Shown here: positions 62,501-64,000 of the stretch, in pieces
Position numbering within the stretch: position 1 is the first letter of the stretch
How the letters are laid out: every line of letters begins with the position of its first letter
Source of the DNA: Paraspadella gotoi
Lineage: Eukaryota > Animalia > Chaetognatha
Direction of reading: 5' to 3'
Assembly (NCBI GenBank): GCA_051294375.1
Contig: CM119267.1
Location: forward strand, 15,912,105 to 15,976,104
Length of the DNA stretch: 64,000 nt
Translations under genes and position numbers: made by a program
The notes under the pieces: generated by a model
Database searches by the model: none
Told to the model about the DNA's origin: nothing
Seen by the model: the letters and a program-made list of their open reading frames with translations, nothing else

Positions 62501-64000
62501 TTATGGACGAAGCCGACGTTTTGGGTCACGTGATAGCCATCATGGCTTCCGGAAAAGTCGTTTGCACTGGAAGTCCACTCTTTCTCAAAACAAAATTAGG
62601 TATTTTTCAGATGAACGTCTATATTTTTGTTATTAAAAAAAATATAATCCTGAATTACATTCTTATATTCTAGTGAAATTTTATAATTTCTGACTTTCTC
62701 GAAGTCGGTTTGATACAATCCTATTACAATGTACATACTTAATCCAATAAACTAATAAAAATAAATTTTAAACAGGCGCTGGCTATCATTTGGTGATTGT
62801 GAAAGCTTCCAAATATGATCACCGATCCACTGACACCCTGGTCAAAACTCACGTTCCTGAAGCTGTCGTGGAGCGAAACATTCTGGCTGAAGTTGCCTTC
62901 GTTCTTCCCAAGGAGCGCGTCCACTGCTTTTCAGATCTTTTTAGGTCTCTTGAGTTCAGCAAGGCCGATCTGGGTATCTCAAGCTTTGGGTGCGCCGTTA
63001 CTTCTATCGAAGAGGTTTTCCTTCGAGTTGGCGATGATGAAACTGCCATGTCGAAACTGATGTCTGCCGCTGAGTCTGCCGACCAATCTACCGTAGAACA
63101 AGAATTCGCTGCCGACCCGACACAAGCTTCAAATGTGAACGAAAAGAGCCCCGTAGAAGAAAATGGCGAGGTCGATCGCAACAAAGGGTTTACGCTTGCC
63201 TGTCAACAGTTTTACGCGATGCTCGTAAAACGAATGCTGCATACTTGGCGGAATCGACTGGTCACCGTGTCGCAGCTCCTTGTGCCCAACCTTTTTACTC
63301 TGCTCATCCTCTTCATCATCCAAATCTCCCCAGACATGAAAGATTCGCCGCCGTTAAACTTGAATCTTCGAGGTTTTGGGCCAACTCTTTCTCCGGTCTT
63401 GTCTAAACCTGGGAGTTTGATGACGAATCACTTGACGCAAACTTATCAAAGTTATTTTGATGATAATAAAGACGAAGTGGTTGATGTTAGAGGAATAAAC
63501 GTACCAGCCTTCCAAAATCTAAGCGATATCGACCAGTTCGCACTAAAATTCTCAACGAAAAGTTTACGAAAATATACGGATGAGATCTTAATAGGGGCTC
63601 ATTTCGGCAGTATCGACGAGTCTTGCTTCCGAGGTGTCGGTCGCTCAGTTTCTGATTATTTGCAAACGATGGCTGCCGAATCTACGGAGAAGGAAAGGAA
63701 GCAGCTCAACGATGCCATCGTACAAAGATTTAAAGGGTCGCGGTTCTCATCCGCCTATGGCGGATTGGTGTGTCAGACTTACGCTAAAGAAATCGAATTG
63801 GAAGCCAACAGAACGAATATTTCCCTCGAAGAATTGCACGATACTAAGGGGGGTCAGCATTTTGTGGAAGGATATTTTAACGACAATCCCTTTCATACGC
63901 CGGCCATTTCTTTACACGCCTTATCTCACGCCATGATGCGAACTGTTTCCAACGTCTCCCTGTATTCCTACAACCATCCTCTGCCACGCACAGTCAACGA
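59579..64000 (+). CDS. ABCA-subfamily transporter (ABCA3-like), multi-exon, 3' end outside window
   Basis: [12 protein letters not shown] start, [28 protein letters not shown], Walker [23 protein letters not shown]; second half starts [10 protein letters not shown]. Confidence 0.92.
61687..61946. mobile_element. TTAA-flanked MITE (Kolobok-like termini) in an ABCA intron
   Basis: ~75-bp near-perfect TIRs (GAGAAAATCAAAGTTTTAATGAATTGTGCAACG...), TTAA on both sides, internal (CT)n tract. Confidence 0.85.

Overview
Compact invertebrate animal genomic DNA, with short (~58-80 nt) AT-rich introns and GC-richer exons. Twelve protein-coding genes run head-to-tail on the + strand: a partial zinc-finger gene, PTCD1, a MavL/CG2909-like macrodomain, EPG5, TCTA-like, ULK4, REXO4, WDFY3/ALFY, MPV17, PLC-beta, ZCCHC4 and a partial ABCA. 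Several are only 17-155 nt apart with splice acceptors just upstream of the ATG, suggesting operons resolved by spliced-leader trans-splicing. Two ATD-less iGluR/IR-like genes are nested antisense in a WDFY3 intron. WDFY3 carries a duplicated, probably mutually exclusive exon block. The MPV17 intron holds a three-layer nested transposon stack, including a TRIM-like LTR element with an extended tRNA-Trp primer site and a highly structured LTR. Gene identities come from recalled motif similarity, not database searches; splice sites were read by eye.
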